The notes below the pieces were generated by a model. That model worked only from the letters and a program-made list of their open reading frames with translations. It had not been told where the DNA came from and searched no databases. The translations under genes were made by a program, and so were the position numbers. DNA of 64,000 bases from Methanomassiliicoccaceae archaeon. GTDB taxonomy: Archaea; Thermoplasmatota; Thermoplasmata; Methanomassiliicoccales; Methanomassiliicoccaceae. Positions 39,631 through 48,381 of the stretch are shown in pieces. How positions within the stretch are numbered: the stretch's first letter is position 1; each line of letters begins with the position of its first letter. The DNA lies in NCBI GenBank assembly GCA_040776945.1, contig JAXGZN010000001.1, positions 896,001 through 960,000 of the forward strand, given 5' to 3'.

Positions 39631-40545
39631 ATGTACGAGATCAGGTTCCACGGACGGGGTGGGCAGGGGGCGGTCATGGCCGCGCAGACCCTCGCCGACG
39701 CGGCCGTCCGCATCGGCTTCCAGGCGCAGGCGTTCCCCTATTTCGGGGCGGAGAGGAGGGGGGCGCCGGTCGAGGCCTATGCGCGCATCGACAACAAGAA
39801 GATCCGAACCAAGAGCCAGGTGTACGAACCGCACCTCGTCGTGATCATGGACGCCTCCCTGATGGACATTGTGAACGCGACGGCGGGCCTGCGGCCCGGC
39901 GGCAAGGCGGTCATGAACACGGTCCAGAGGCCAGAGGAGGCGGACCTAGGGGCCGGGGTGGACGCAGAGCTCGGAACGGTCGACGCCTTGTCCATCTCCC
40001 TGGAGATGCTCAAGATGCCGGTGGTGAACACCGCCATGCTGGGAGCGGTGGCCAAGGTGTGGGACGTGGTCCCGCTGGACGCCATAATGGAGGCGATAGA
40101 GGACCGCTTCGGGAGCAAGCTGGGCCGTAGGGCCGGGATGCTCAATGCGGAGGCGGCCAAGAGGGCGTTCGAGGACACCGTTGTAGGCCGGGCCTCTGGC
40201 CGGCGAGAGCATGCTGAGCATAGGAGATGGCTTCCGGCATGGGACGAGATGCCCATCGGAGCGTCCCTTAGAAGAACGGCACAGGCCGAGGAGGAGGTAG
40301 GGCCGGCGACCACCTGGCAGCACCATACAGGGCGATGGAAGTGGTCCACTCCCCTGTACAAGAAAGAGAAATGCATTAAGTGCCTAAGATGCTGGTGGTC
40401 GTGCCCGGACGCCGCGATCGTACGCCTTGACGATGATCATATGCGCTGGGAACTGGACTACTGCAAGGGATGCGGTATTTGCGCGGACATCTGTCCAGTA
40501 AACGCGATCGACATGATGGAGGGGGCTCGGGACACATGGCAGTGA
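39631..40545 (+). CDS. 2-oxoacid (pyruvate/ketoisovalerate):ferredoxin oxidoreductase gamma subunit fused to the delta (2x[4Fe-4S]) subunit
   Basis: EIRFHGRGGQGA, FGAERRGAPV, NTAMLGA; then TG.W, CIKCLRCWWSCPD, YCKGCGICADICP. Confidence 0.93.
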   Translation: MYEIRFHGRGGQGAVMAAQTLADAAVRIGFQAQAFPYFGAERRGAPVEAYARIDNKKIRTKSQVYEPHLVVIMDASLMDIVNATAGLRPGGKAVMNTVQRPEEADLGAGVDAELGTVDALSISLEMLKMPVVNTAMLGAVAKVWDVVPLDAIMEAIEDRFGSKLGRRAGMLNAEAAKRAFEDTVVGRASGRREHAEHRRWLPAWDEMPIGASLRRTAQAEEEVGPATTWQHHTGRWKWSTPLYKKEKCIKCLRCWWSCPDAAIVRLDDDHMRWELDYCKGCGICADICPVNAIDMMEGARDTWQ

Positions 40546-41711
40546 AGGCCATAACAGGAGACCAGGCGGTAGCCTACGGCGCTATGCTGGCGCGGGCAGA
40601 GGTGGTGCCTGGGTTCCCCATCACCCCGCAGACGATCATAATCGAGCAGATCACCGAGTTCATCAACGATGGGATCATGGACGCCGATTTCATACCGGCA
40701 GAGAGCGAACACTCGGTGATGTCCGTTGCCGTGGGCGCCTCGGCCGGAGGCGTTCGCACCTTCACCGCGACCTCCTCTCAGGGGCTGGCGCTGATGTACG
40801 AGATGCTGTTCGCGGCCGCGCCCATCCGGCTGCCGGTGGTCATGGCGGTGGCCAACCGCAGTGTGGGTGGGGCGTCCGGCATATGGACGGAGCACAACGA
40901 TTCCGTGCCAGTGAGGGAGAGCGGCTGGCTGCAGGTGTACGTTGAGGATTGCCAGGAGGCGCTGGACATGACCATACAGGCGTTCCGCATCGCCGAGGAC
41001 CGGCGGGTGATGCTCCCGATCATGGTCTGCCTGGACGGGTTCATATTGTCGCATGTGGTGGAGGGCGTGGACATCCCCGAGCAGGAGGTCGTCGACCGCT
41101 TTCTTCCGAAGCTCGCGCCCCTGAACACCTTGGACCCTTATGACCCGGTGATGATGAACCCCATAACGCCGCCGGAGTTCGCCACCGAGATGAGGTACCA
41201 GCAGGACCGGGCCATGGAGGCCGCGCGGACCGTGATCGGAGAGGCCGATGAGGAGTTCGCCACCCTCACCGGGAGGAGGTACGGGGGGCTTTTCGAATGC
41301 TACCGCATGGAGGACGCCGAATACGCAATGATGGGCCTGGGCACCTGGACGGGACTGGCCCGCGAGGCGGTGGACCAACTGCGCTCCGAGGGCAAAAGGG
41401 CCGGCCTGATCAAGCTGCGCTGCATGCGGCCGTTCCCCGGGCAGGAGCTGAGGCAGGCGACGCTCAACCTGAAGGCCCTGGGCACCTTTGACCGCTCCGC
41501 CGCGTTCAACGGCAGCGGCCCCGTGTTCACCGAGACCAGGAACGCGCTGTACGGCAGCGGGATCAGCGTTACTGACCATATCGCCGGCATCGGAGGCCGG
41601 GACATAACCGTTGGACTGGTGCGCGGCATGTACAATATCGTGGAGCGGAGCGCGATGGGCGAGAAGGTCAGGGACTGCACCTGGCATGCGCTCAGGAGTG
41701 AGATGGCATGA
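40536..41711 (+). CDS. porA: 2-oxoacid:ferredoxin oxidoreductase alpha subunit
   Basis: FPITPQT, ESEHS, TATSSQGL, ANR, DGFILSH, RPFP; start ATG 40536. Substrate specificity not determined. Confidence 0.92.
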   Translation: MAVKAITGDQAVAYGAMLARAEVVPGFPITPQTIIIEQITEFINDGIMDADFIPAESEHSVMSVAVGASAGGVRTFTATSSQGLALMYEMLFAAAPIRLPVVMAVANRSVGGASGIWTEHNDSVPVRESGWLQVYVEDCQEALDMTIQAFRIAEDRRVMLPIMVCLDGFILSHVVEGVDIPEQEVVDRFLPKLAPLNTLDPYDPVMMNPITPPEFATEMRYQQDRAMEAARTVIGEADEEFATLTGRRYGGLFECYRMEDAEYAMMGLGTWTGLAREAVDQLRSEGKRAGLIKLRCMRPFPGQELRQATLNLKALGTFDRSAAFNGSGPVFTETRNALYGSGISVTDHIAGIGGRDITVGLVRGMYNIVERSAMGEKVRDCTWHALRSEMA

Positions 41712-42673
41712 ACAGGATGCGGAGCATGAAGGATGTCCCCCGGGAGGACATGCTGATACATGGGCATGGGGCCTGCCCGGGATGCGGGTATGCCGCGACC
41801 GCCAAGAACATAGCCAAGATGCTCGGCCCGAACACCGTGGTGTATGTGCCCGCGTCCTGTCTGGTGGTCTTCGGGGCGATCTATCCATACTCCTCGTGGA
41901 AGATACCGTACCTGTACACGGCCTTCGAGAACACCGGCGCGGTCACCTCGGGCATCAAGGCCGCGCTGCGGCGCAGGCACATCGACGCCACGGTGGTGGG
42001 CATGGCGGGGGACGGAGGAACATTCGACATCGGTCTGCAGGCGCTCTCGGGAGCGGCGGAGCGGAACGAGGACATAATCTACGTATGCTTGGACAACGAG
42101 GCGTACATGAACACCGGGATCCAAAGGAGCAGCGCCACGCCCTTCGGGGCGTGGACCACCACGACTCCGGTGGGCCTTGAGGTCAAGGGCAACCGTCGCT
42201 TCAAAAAGGACATCGCCCGCATCGTGGCCGACCACGACGTGCCATATGTTGCAACTCTATCGGTCGCTCACTTCACCGACTTCGTGCGCAAGGTGCAGAA
42301 GGCGAAGGAGACCCGGGGCTTCCGCTTCCTTCATTGCCTAACGCCCTGCATCCCGGGATGGAGGATAGAACCGTCCATAGGGGTCAGCATAAACCGGCTG
42401 GCGGTCGATACCGGCATGTGGACGCTGTATGAGGTGGAGAACGGCGTCCCCAAGGTCACCTACAGGCCGAAGACCATGGTCCCGGTGACAGAGTACCTGA
42501 AGCTCCAAGGGCGTTTCAGGCACATAAGCGAGGCCGACGCGCGCGAGCTCCAGGCATGGCTGTGCGAGAAATGGAGGGTGCACTACGGAGAGGATGCTCC
42601 GGTCCCGCCCTGCGTCCTGCCGCCCCAGGAAGATGTCCTGGGGCACGACGGCGACACGCTGTACGGCATATGA
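41708..42673 (+). CDS. porB: 2-oxoacid:ferredoxin oxidoreductase beta subunit (TPP-binding)
   Basis: GHGACPGCG, AFEN, GDGGTFDIGLQALSG, DNEAYMNTGIQRS, PC..GW, YLKLQGRFRH. Confidence 0.93.
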   Translation: MNRMRSMKDVPREDMLIHGHGACPGCGYAATAKNIAKMLGPNTVVYVPASCLVVFGAIYPYSSWKIPYLYTAFENTGAVTSGIKAALRRRHIDATVVGMAGDGGTFDIGLQALSGAAERNEDIIYVCLDNEAYMNTGIQRSSATPFGAWTTTTPVGLEVKGNRRFKKDIARIVADHDVPYVATLSVAHFTDFVRKVQKAKETRGFRFLHCLTPCIPGWRIEPSIGVSINRLAVDTGMWTLYEVENGVPKVTYRPKTMVPVTEYLKLQGRFRHISEADARELQAWLCEKWRVHYGEDAPVPPCVLPPQEDVLGHDGDTLYGI

Positions 42674-42721
42674 GACGCGGAGGGCAAGTTCTAATACCCT
42701 CGCAGCCGGTCCAGGCCCATC

Positions 42722-43510
42722 ATGCCCTTCGCGCTCGGCATGCCCGCGCTCATCGAGATGCCCGACCTGCCCGACCTGGTTGACCTGTGCCAGGAGCTGG
42801 AGCTATCGTTCATCGAGCTGAACATGAACATGCCGGAGAACTGCCCGGAATGGCTCGATCCCACGGACCTCAGGGACGTGACCTCGAGCACAGGCATCGA
42901 GTTCACTCTCCACTCGCCGGACGAGCTGGACCTAGGCTCGCTGCACCCCACGGTGCGGGCGGGGCACCTGGACCGCATGCGAGAGGCGCTGGGATGGTGC
43001 GCCCAGGCCGGAGTGCGCGCGATGAACGTGCACATCAGCCCGGGGATCTATTTCACGCTGCCCGACCGCAGGGTATGGATATACGAGCGGTACGTGGACG
43101 AGTTCACCTCCAATCTGTGGGCGGCATACCGAGACATCCTTCCCCTGGCCGCCGCGTCCGGCGTGGACATCTGCACCGAGAACGTGAACAACTTCGACCT
43201 GCCGTTCATCGCCCAGGCCATCGAGGAGCTGTGCTTCCTCGAGCACTTTCATTTGACTTGGGACGTTGGGCACGATGCACGGAGCGGGTTCAGGGAGCGC
43301 GAGGTGATGATGCGCCACGAGGACCGTGTGCGCCACATGCACCTCCACGATTACAACGGCAGGAGCGACCACCAAGTGCCGGGGACCGGACTGATCGATA
43401 TCCCGGCCATGCTGGACTTCGCCCGCAGGAAGGACATCCGCGTGCTCGTGGAAGTGAAGGACGAGCGCTCGCTTCGCAAGTCAGTAAGAGCGGTGCGGAG
43501 CTTGCTGTGA
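42722..43510 (+). CDS. Sugar phosphate isomerase/epimerase (AP-endonuclease-2 TIM barrel) family protein
   Basis: TLHSP, NVH, CTEN, TWDVGH, HMHLHD..G.SDH..PG.G.ID, VEVK metal-ligand pattern. Confidence 0.85.
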   Translation: MPFALGMPALIEMPDLPDLVDLCQELELSFIELNMNMPENCPEWLDPTDLRDVTSSTGIEFTLHSPDELDLGSLHPTVRAGHLDRMREALGWCAQAGVRAMNVHISPGIYFTLPDRRVWIYERYVDEFTSNLWAAYRDILPLAAASGVDICTENVNNFDLPFIAQAIEELCFLEHFHLTWDVGHDARSGFREREVMMRHEDRVRHMHLHDYNGRSDHQVPGTGLIDIPAMLDFARRKDIRVLVEVKDERSLRKSVRAVRSLL

Positions 43511-43569
43511 TCGGGGGGGGGGCCAGCATCGGCCGGGGATGCCGTCGAGGAACGGGGCGGACGCGCTCG

Positions 43570-43583
43570 CAAGTGATATATAT
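43570..43583 (+). promoter_or_regulatory. BRE/TATA promoter of the rpl7ae operon
   Basis: CAAGTGATATATAT about 85 bp upstream of the rpl7ae ATG. Confidence 0.6.
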
Positions 43584-43618
43584 GGCCACCTCTTTGGTCC
43601 CCTTCGCATTCACGTTTA

Positions 43619-43660
43619 ACCGATGAATGATGAGGATGTGGAACATCCGAATGAGGTGAA
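43619..43660 (+). promoter_or_regulatory. Kink-turn in the rpl7ae 5' UTR overlapping the SD sequence
   Basis: ACC-GAU-GA...GGAUGU(GGA)ACAUCC...U-GA-GGU: C-helix ACC/GGU, 3-nt bulge, tandem G.A/A.G pairs; the GAGGUGA SD forms the 3' strand. Confidence 0.75.
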
Positions 43661-43663
43661 ACA

Positions 43664-44035
43664 ATGGCAAAAGCAATGTTCGTTCGTTTCGAGATGCCAA
43701 AGGAGCTATCGGACAAGGCCTACGAGATCGTCGAGGCCGCCCGTGACACCGGAAAGATCCGCAAAGGGACCAATGAGGTCACCAAGCTGGTCGAGCGGGG
43801 AGACGCGGTCATGGTCGTCATGGCCGAGGACGTTCAGCCGCCTGAGATACTCGCCCACATGCCCTTCCTTTGCGAGGAGCGCAACGTGGTTTACGCCTAT
43901 GTGCCGTCCAAGGCCGAGCTGGGACACGCAGTGGGCATGGAGAAGCCGACCGCTTCGGTCGCCATCCTGGACGCTGGAAAGGCAAAGCCCCTGCTGGACG
44001 GGTTCGCCGAGCAGGTCAAGAAGCTGAAGCAGTGA
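43664..44035 (+). CDS. rpl7ae: 50S ribosomal protein L7Ae
   Basis: [31 protein letters not shown]. Confidence 0.97.
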   Translation: MAKAMFVRFEMPKELSDKAYEIVEAARDTGKIRKGTNEVTKLVERGDAVMVVMAEDVQPPEILAHMPFLCEERNVVYAYVPSKAELGHAVGMEKPTASVAILDAGKAKPLLDGFAEQVKKLKQ

Positions 44036-44051
44036 GCGCGGAGGGAATGAC

Positions 44052-44267
44052 ATGGCTGACGACGAGAGCAGCATACCTTCAGAGGTGGTGGAGATCATCG
44101 GTCGCACTGGCATGACCGGAGAGGCCACCCAGGTCAAGGTGCGTGTGCTCGAGGGCCGCGACAAGGGTCGCATCATCACCCGCAATATCATGGGCCCCGT
44201 GCGCATGGGAGACATACTGATGCTTAGGGAGACCTCGAGAGAGGCCCGCAAGCTTTCCTTGAGGTGA
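44052..44267 (+). CDS. rps28e: 30S ribosomal protein S28e
   Basis: [37 protein letters not shown]. Confidence 0.97.
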   Translation: MADDESSIPSEVVEIIGRTGMTGEATQVKVRVLEGRDKGRIITRNIMGPVRMGDILMLRETSREARKLSLR

Positions 44268-44272
44268 TCCTG

Positions 44273-44587
44273 ATGGTCGAGAGAAGGGTCTGCTCCTTCT
44301 GTGGAGCGGAGATGGAACCAGGCACTGGCAAGTTGTACGTCAAGAAGGACGGCACCGTTCTGACGTTCGACACCAACAAGTGTTACAAGAACATGATCGA
44401 GCTGGGCAGGATACCGAGGACCACGACCTGGACCCGCGCCGCCAAGAGGGAGAAGGAGATCGCCCTTGCCGCTGCCGCGACCAAGGCGGCCCCCGCCGAG
44501 CCGGTCGATGAGAAGATCAAGAAGACGACCGCCAGCAAGGCCCGCAAGCGCAGGGCCCCGGCTCCGAAGAAGAAGCTGTCGGAGTGA
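44273..44587 (+). CDS. rpl24e: 50S ribosomal protein L24e with Ala/Lys-rich C-terminal extension
   Basis: CSFCG..MEPGTG.LYV.KDG, KC.KN, R.PR...WT; ATG 44273 after SD GAGGTGA. Confidence 0.95.
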   Translation: MVERRVCSFCGAEMEPGTGKLYVKKDGTVLTFDTNKCYKNMIELGRIPRTTTWTRAAKREKEIALAAAATKAAPAEPVDEKIKKTTASKARKRRAPAPKKKLSE

Positions 44588-45045
44588 GCGACATGATGGA
44601 GCGCACCTTCGTCATGCTGAAGCCTGATGCGGTCCAGCGCGGCCTCATGGGCGAGATCCTGGGACGCATAGAGGCCAAGGGCCATCGCCCGCTGGCCATC
44701 AAGTTCATGCGCATCCCCAAGGAACTGGCGGAGCGCCATTACGCCGAGCACAAGGGCAAGCCGTTCTTCAATGGCCTTATCGAGTACATGACCTCCGGTC
44801 CGGTGCTCGTGATGGTCTGGGAGGGCGAGAACGCCATCGCCTCTATGAGGGCGATGATGGGCGCGACAAATCCCCAGAACGCGGCCATGGGCACGATCCG
44901 CGGCGACCTTGCGCAGCAGACCGGACGGAACCTGATCCACGGCTCCGACGGTCCGGAATCGGCCAAGCGGGAGATCGAGCTGTTCTTCAACGACTACGAG
45001 ATCCTCAGCTGGAAGCGCACCTCGGACCCCTGGTTCCTGGAGTAG
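44584..45045 (+). CDS. ndk: Nucleoside diphosphate kinase
   Basis: [39 protein letters not shown]. Confidence 0.97.
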   Translation: MSDMMERTFVMLKPDAVQRGLMGEILGRIEAKGHRPLAIKFMRIPKELAERHYAEHKGKPFFNGLIEYMTSGPVLVMVWEGENAIASMRAMMGATNPQNAAMGTIRGDLAQQTGRNLIHGSDGPESAKREIELFFNDYEILSWKRTSDPWFLE

Positions 45046-45055
45046 GCGGATCAAA

Positions 45056-45082
45056 GGGCCTCGGCCCGCCAACATATTTTTT
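45056..45082 (+). terminator. Hairpin plus U-tract terminator after ndk
   Basis: GGGCC-TC-GGCCC followed by TTTTTT. Confidence 0.6.
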
Positions 45083-45374
45083 CTATCATCACCGGCGACC
45101 GTGAGGCTGGTTCGCCGCATGAAGCTCGCGGGCGTAGCCGGCCCTCCGCTCCGGACAAGATCTGGCCCTGGAACGGTCCCCGGCCCGGAGGGTTCGACCA
45201 TCATGGTTATCTATCCCTTCCCCCCTTCCCAGACCCGCTCGGGGCATGGTCTTATGGTATCGGCAGGGCGAAGAGAAGCGGGGTCCGGGGCGGCGGGCGG
45301 TCTGAACACGTTGAGCGGGATGAACGCGAGCGCCGCATTGGCATCGCCCAGGACGCTCTGAGGGAGGGCCGAAG

Positions 45375-47123
45375 ATGACGACCAGGCAGCCGATCGTCAG
45401 TGTCCTCGGCCACGTGGACCACGGGAAGACCTCATTGCTCGACCGCGTTCGCGGATCGGCCGTGGTGCAGCGGGAGGCCGGCCTCATCACGCAGCACATC
45501 GGCGCGACGGAGGTCCCGATCGAGCATATCTACAAGGTCTGCCGGCCGCTCATCGGGAACAAGAGGTTCAACGTTCCCGGGCTCCTGTTCATCGATACCC
45601 CCGGCCATCAATCGTTCACCTCGCTGCGCGCCAGGGGCGGTGCGCTCGCCGACCTTGCGGTGCTGGTCATCGACATCAACGAGGGCCTGAAGCCGCAGAC
45701 CATCGAGTCCATTCAGATCCTTAAGAGGTTCAAGACACCGTTCATCATCGCCATGAACAAGATCGACCTCATCGACGGCTGGGAGACCAAGGAGAACGCG
45801 CCGTTCGTTCTGAACTATAGGGACCAGACGGACGAGGCCAAGGCCAATCTTGACGATAGGATGTACAAGATCATCGGCGACCTGTACGAACGCGGCTACT
45901 CCGCCGACAGATATGACCGCATCGAGGATTTCACCAAAGCGATCGCCATCGTGCCCATGTCGGCGCGCAACGGTGAAGGCCTTCCGGACCTGCTGCTGGT
46001 TCTGATCGGCCTGGCGCAGAGGTTCTTGGAGCAGCGGCTGAAGGCCGAAGAGGGACCGGCGCAGGGAACGATCATCGAGATCAAAGAGGAGAAGGGCCTG
46101 GGCCCTACGCTGGACGTGATCATCTTCGCCGGCACGCTGCACAAGGGCGACACGGTCATCCTGGGGACCAAGGGCAGGCCTATAACCACAAAGGTCAAGG
46201 CGATCCTCAAGCCCCGGCCGCTGGACGAGATACGCGATCCCAAGGACCGCTTCGAGTCGGTGAAGGAGGTATCAGCCGCCATCGGCGTGAAGCTGATGTG
46301 CCAGAACATCGACGGCGTGGTGGCCGGCGGACCACTGAGGGTGGCGACCGGCAACGTCGGCGCGGCCATGGACCAAGTGGTCAATGAGACCAAGGTCAGC
46401 ATAGAGACCACTGAGGCGGGCGTCTACATCAAGGCCGACGCCATCGGCTCGCTGGAGGCGCTGGCGTTCGAGTGCAAGGCCTTTGAGATACCGATCCGCA
46501 AGTATGACACCGGCGCGATCTCGCGCAAGGACATCATCGACACCGCTGCCTACGGAGAGCCGTACCACCGGGTAATACTCGGTTTCAACGTGGACCTGCT
46601 GCCGGAGGCGAAGGAAGCGCTTCCCAACTATCCGCTCAAGGTCTTCACCAACGACGTGGTGTACCGCTTGATCGAGGACTACCTCAAGTGGGTGGAGGAG
46701 GAGAAGCGCCGCATGGACATCGAGAAGCGGGCGGAGTTCGCCTTCCCCGGTAAGGTCAAGCTGCTCCCCAATTGTGTGTTCCGCGCGTCCAAGCCCGCCA
46801 TCGTCGGCGTTCGAGTCCTAGCCGGCCGCATCCGGCCGGGGCAGACCCTGCTGAGCACCGAGGGCGCGGACATCGGCAAGATACGCTCCATCCGCTCTGG
46901 CGAGGAGACGGTTAAGGAGGCCATCCAGGGGCAGGAGGTGGCTGTGGCCATCGAGGGGCCGACGGTCGGCAGGCAGATCGACGTGGAGGACATCCTCTAC
47001 GTGGACCTGAGGGAGACCATGGTCAAGGAGATGGCCAAGATGGACCTCAATCCCGACGACCGCATGGTGCTGGAGGAGACCCTCGAGGTCAAGCGCAAGG
47101 TGGACAAGTTCTGGGGAATGTGA
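45375..47123 (+). CDS. infB: Translation initiation factor aIF5B (IF-2)
   Basis: [41 protein letters not shown]; no intein visible. Confidence 0.97.
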   Translation: MTTRQPIVSVLGHVDHGKTSLLDRVRGSAVVQREAGLITQHIGATEVPIEHIYKVCRPLIGNKRFNVPGLLFIDTPGHQSFTSLRARGGALADLAVLVIDINEGLKPQTIESIQILKRFKTPFIIAMNKIDLIDGWETKENAPFVLNYRDQTDEAKANLDDRMYKIIGDLYERGYSADRYDRIEDFTKAIAIVPMSARNGEGLPDLLLVLIGLAQRFLEQRLKAEEGPAQGTIIEIKEEKGLGPTLDVIIFAGTLHKGDTVILGTKGRPITTKVKAILKPRPLDEIRDPKDRFESVKEVSAAIGVKLMCQNIDGVVAGGPLRVATGNVGAAMDQVVNETKVSIETTEAGVYIKADAIGSLEALAFECKAFEIPIRKYDTGAISRKDIIDTAAYGEPYHRVILGFNVDLLPEAKEALPNYPLKVFTNDVVYRLIEDYLKWVEEEKRRMDIEKRAEFAFPGKVKLLPNCVFRASKPAIVGVRVLAGRIRPGQTLLSTEGADIGKIRSIRSGEETVKEAIQGQEVAVAIEGPTVGRQIDVEDILYVDLRETMVKEMAKMDLNPDDRMVLEETLEVKRKVDKFWGM

Positions 47124-47291
47124 GCTTCCTCGATCCGCCAAATGATCAGCATCATCTAGGCATCGCTGTTCGATGCTTACGACAAGAACCTGTTTTCTCA
47201 TTCTATACAATCCAGATGTCCGATTTAACGCCCTTAACAATCGTATAGTTGAAATAACCGGAACGGTTTCCGGACCTAGCTCGAGGTAAAG

Positions 47292-48338
47292 ATGATGCAC
47301 GCATCCCGGAGCCAAGGCCCGCTCAGAACTGTCGCAAGCAAGACCCCCGTGCCCTTGGCCGGCCTTATGCTCGGCCTGTCGTCAACCGGGAACATGGTGC
47401 CCGAGTACCGCTGGTTCTTCGGCCTCTTCGCCTTCGCCATCCTGGCCATACTGGTCGTCAAGTTCACCATTGACACCAAGACCTTGAGGGAGGACTTCAA
47501 GAACCCGGCCATCGCCGGCATCGCTTGCACCATGACCATGGCCACATCGGTCCTCTCCACCTATCTCAAGCCTTACTCGAACGAGGCCGCGCTCGGCATG
47601 TGGGTCGCATCCATGGTCGTTCACCTGGGCTTCATGTTCCACTTCACCCGATCGTTCATCGTTAGGTTCGACCTCAAAAAGTGCCTGCCCTGCTACTTCG
47701 TCGTGTACGTCGGCTTCGCGGTCAACGCCTTCATCGCCCCGGTGTACGGCCACATGATGTTCGGCCAGGCCCTGTTCTGGTTCGGGTTGGCGTCGCTGGC
47801 CCTCCTGCTTCCTCCCCTGCTCTACCGCGCAATGGTGGTCAAAGGCATCCCGGAGGCCCTGGTCCCCACCCTCATGATCTTCGCCGCTCCGACCAACGTC
47901 TGCCTCAACGCCTACCTCAAGGCCTTCGAGCATCCTGAGCCGCTCATGGTCTGGTCGCTCCTTGGTCTTGCGATCGTCCTGTACGCTGGATGCCTGGCAT
48001 ACCTGCCCCGCATCCTTCTACTGAAGAAGTTCCTCCCCGCCTACTCGTCCCTGACCTTCCCTCTGGCCATCAGCGGGATCGCCACCGGGGCCGCTTACCA
48101 ATATTTCCTGGAGGCGGGCAGCGACCTGGTCATCCTGCACCAGCTGGCCTGGTTCCAGGCCGTGCTGTGCGTAACCTTCGTGATCCACGTCCTGGTCAGG
48201 TACATCCATCACTACCTGTGGAGGCCCTGGTCCGACGCGAGGGCACAGGCTCCCCTGCCGGGCATGGAGCGGAACGAGCTGATGCTGCATGGAGCGGTAG
48301 GTCCCCGGAAGGGCCAGGACGCGCCCCCTTTGAAATAA
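47292..48338 (+). CDS. TDT (tellurite-resistance/dicarboxylate, SLAC1-like) family transporter
   Basis: About ten TM helices; PVPLAGLMLGL...GN, P.YFVVYVG, IFAAP, YSSLTFPLAIS. Confidence 0.85.
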   Translation: MMHASRSQGPLRTVASKTPVPLAGLMLGLSSTGNMVPEYRWFFGLFAFAILAILVVKFTIDTKTLREDFKNPAIAGIACTMTMATSVLSTYLKPYSNEAALGMWVASMVVHLGFMFHFTRSFIVRFDLKKCLPCYFVVYVGFAVNAFIAPVYGHMMFGQALFWFGLASLALLLPPLLYRAMVVKGIPEALVPTLMIFAAPTNVCLNAYLKAFEHPEPLMVWSLLGLAIVLYAGCLAYLPRILLLKKFLPAYSSLTFPLAISGIATGAAYQYFLEAGSDLVILHQLAWFQAVLCVTFVIHVLVRYIHHYLWRPWSDARAQAPLPGMERNELMLHGAVGPRKGQDAPPLK

Positions 48339-48381
48339 GCTGACCTCGATACACCGTTCAAAATGTCCCGGGGATGAGAGC

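Noticed and set aside
40458-41888. Long antisense/alternate-frame ORFs (e.g. 476 aa opposite porA; others opposite cdc48, infB, marker 8)
   Set aside because: Shadow ORFs expected in high-GC coding DNA; no motifs, and they fully overlap well-supported genes.
45083-45374. GC-rich 290-bp spacer between ndk and infB as a possible SRP or RNase P RNA
   Set aside because: I could not find the SRP helix-8 motif or the RNase P P4 consensus on either strand; an Infernal/Rfam scan would settle it.
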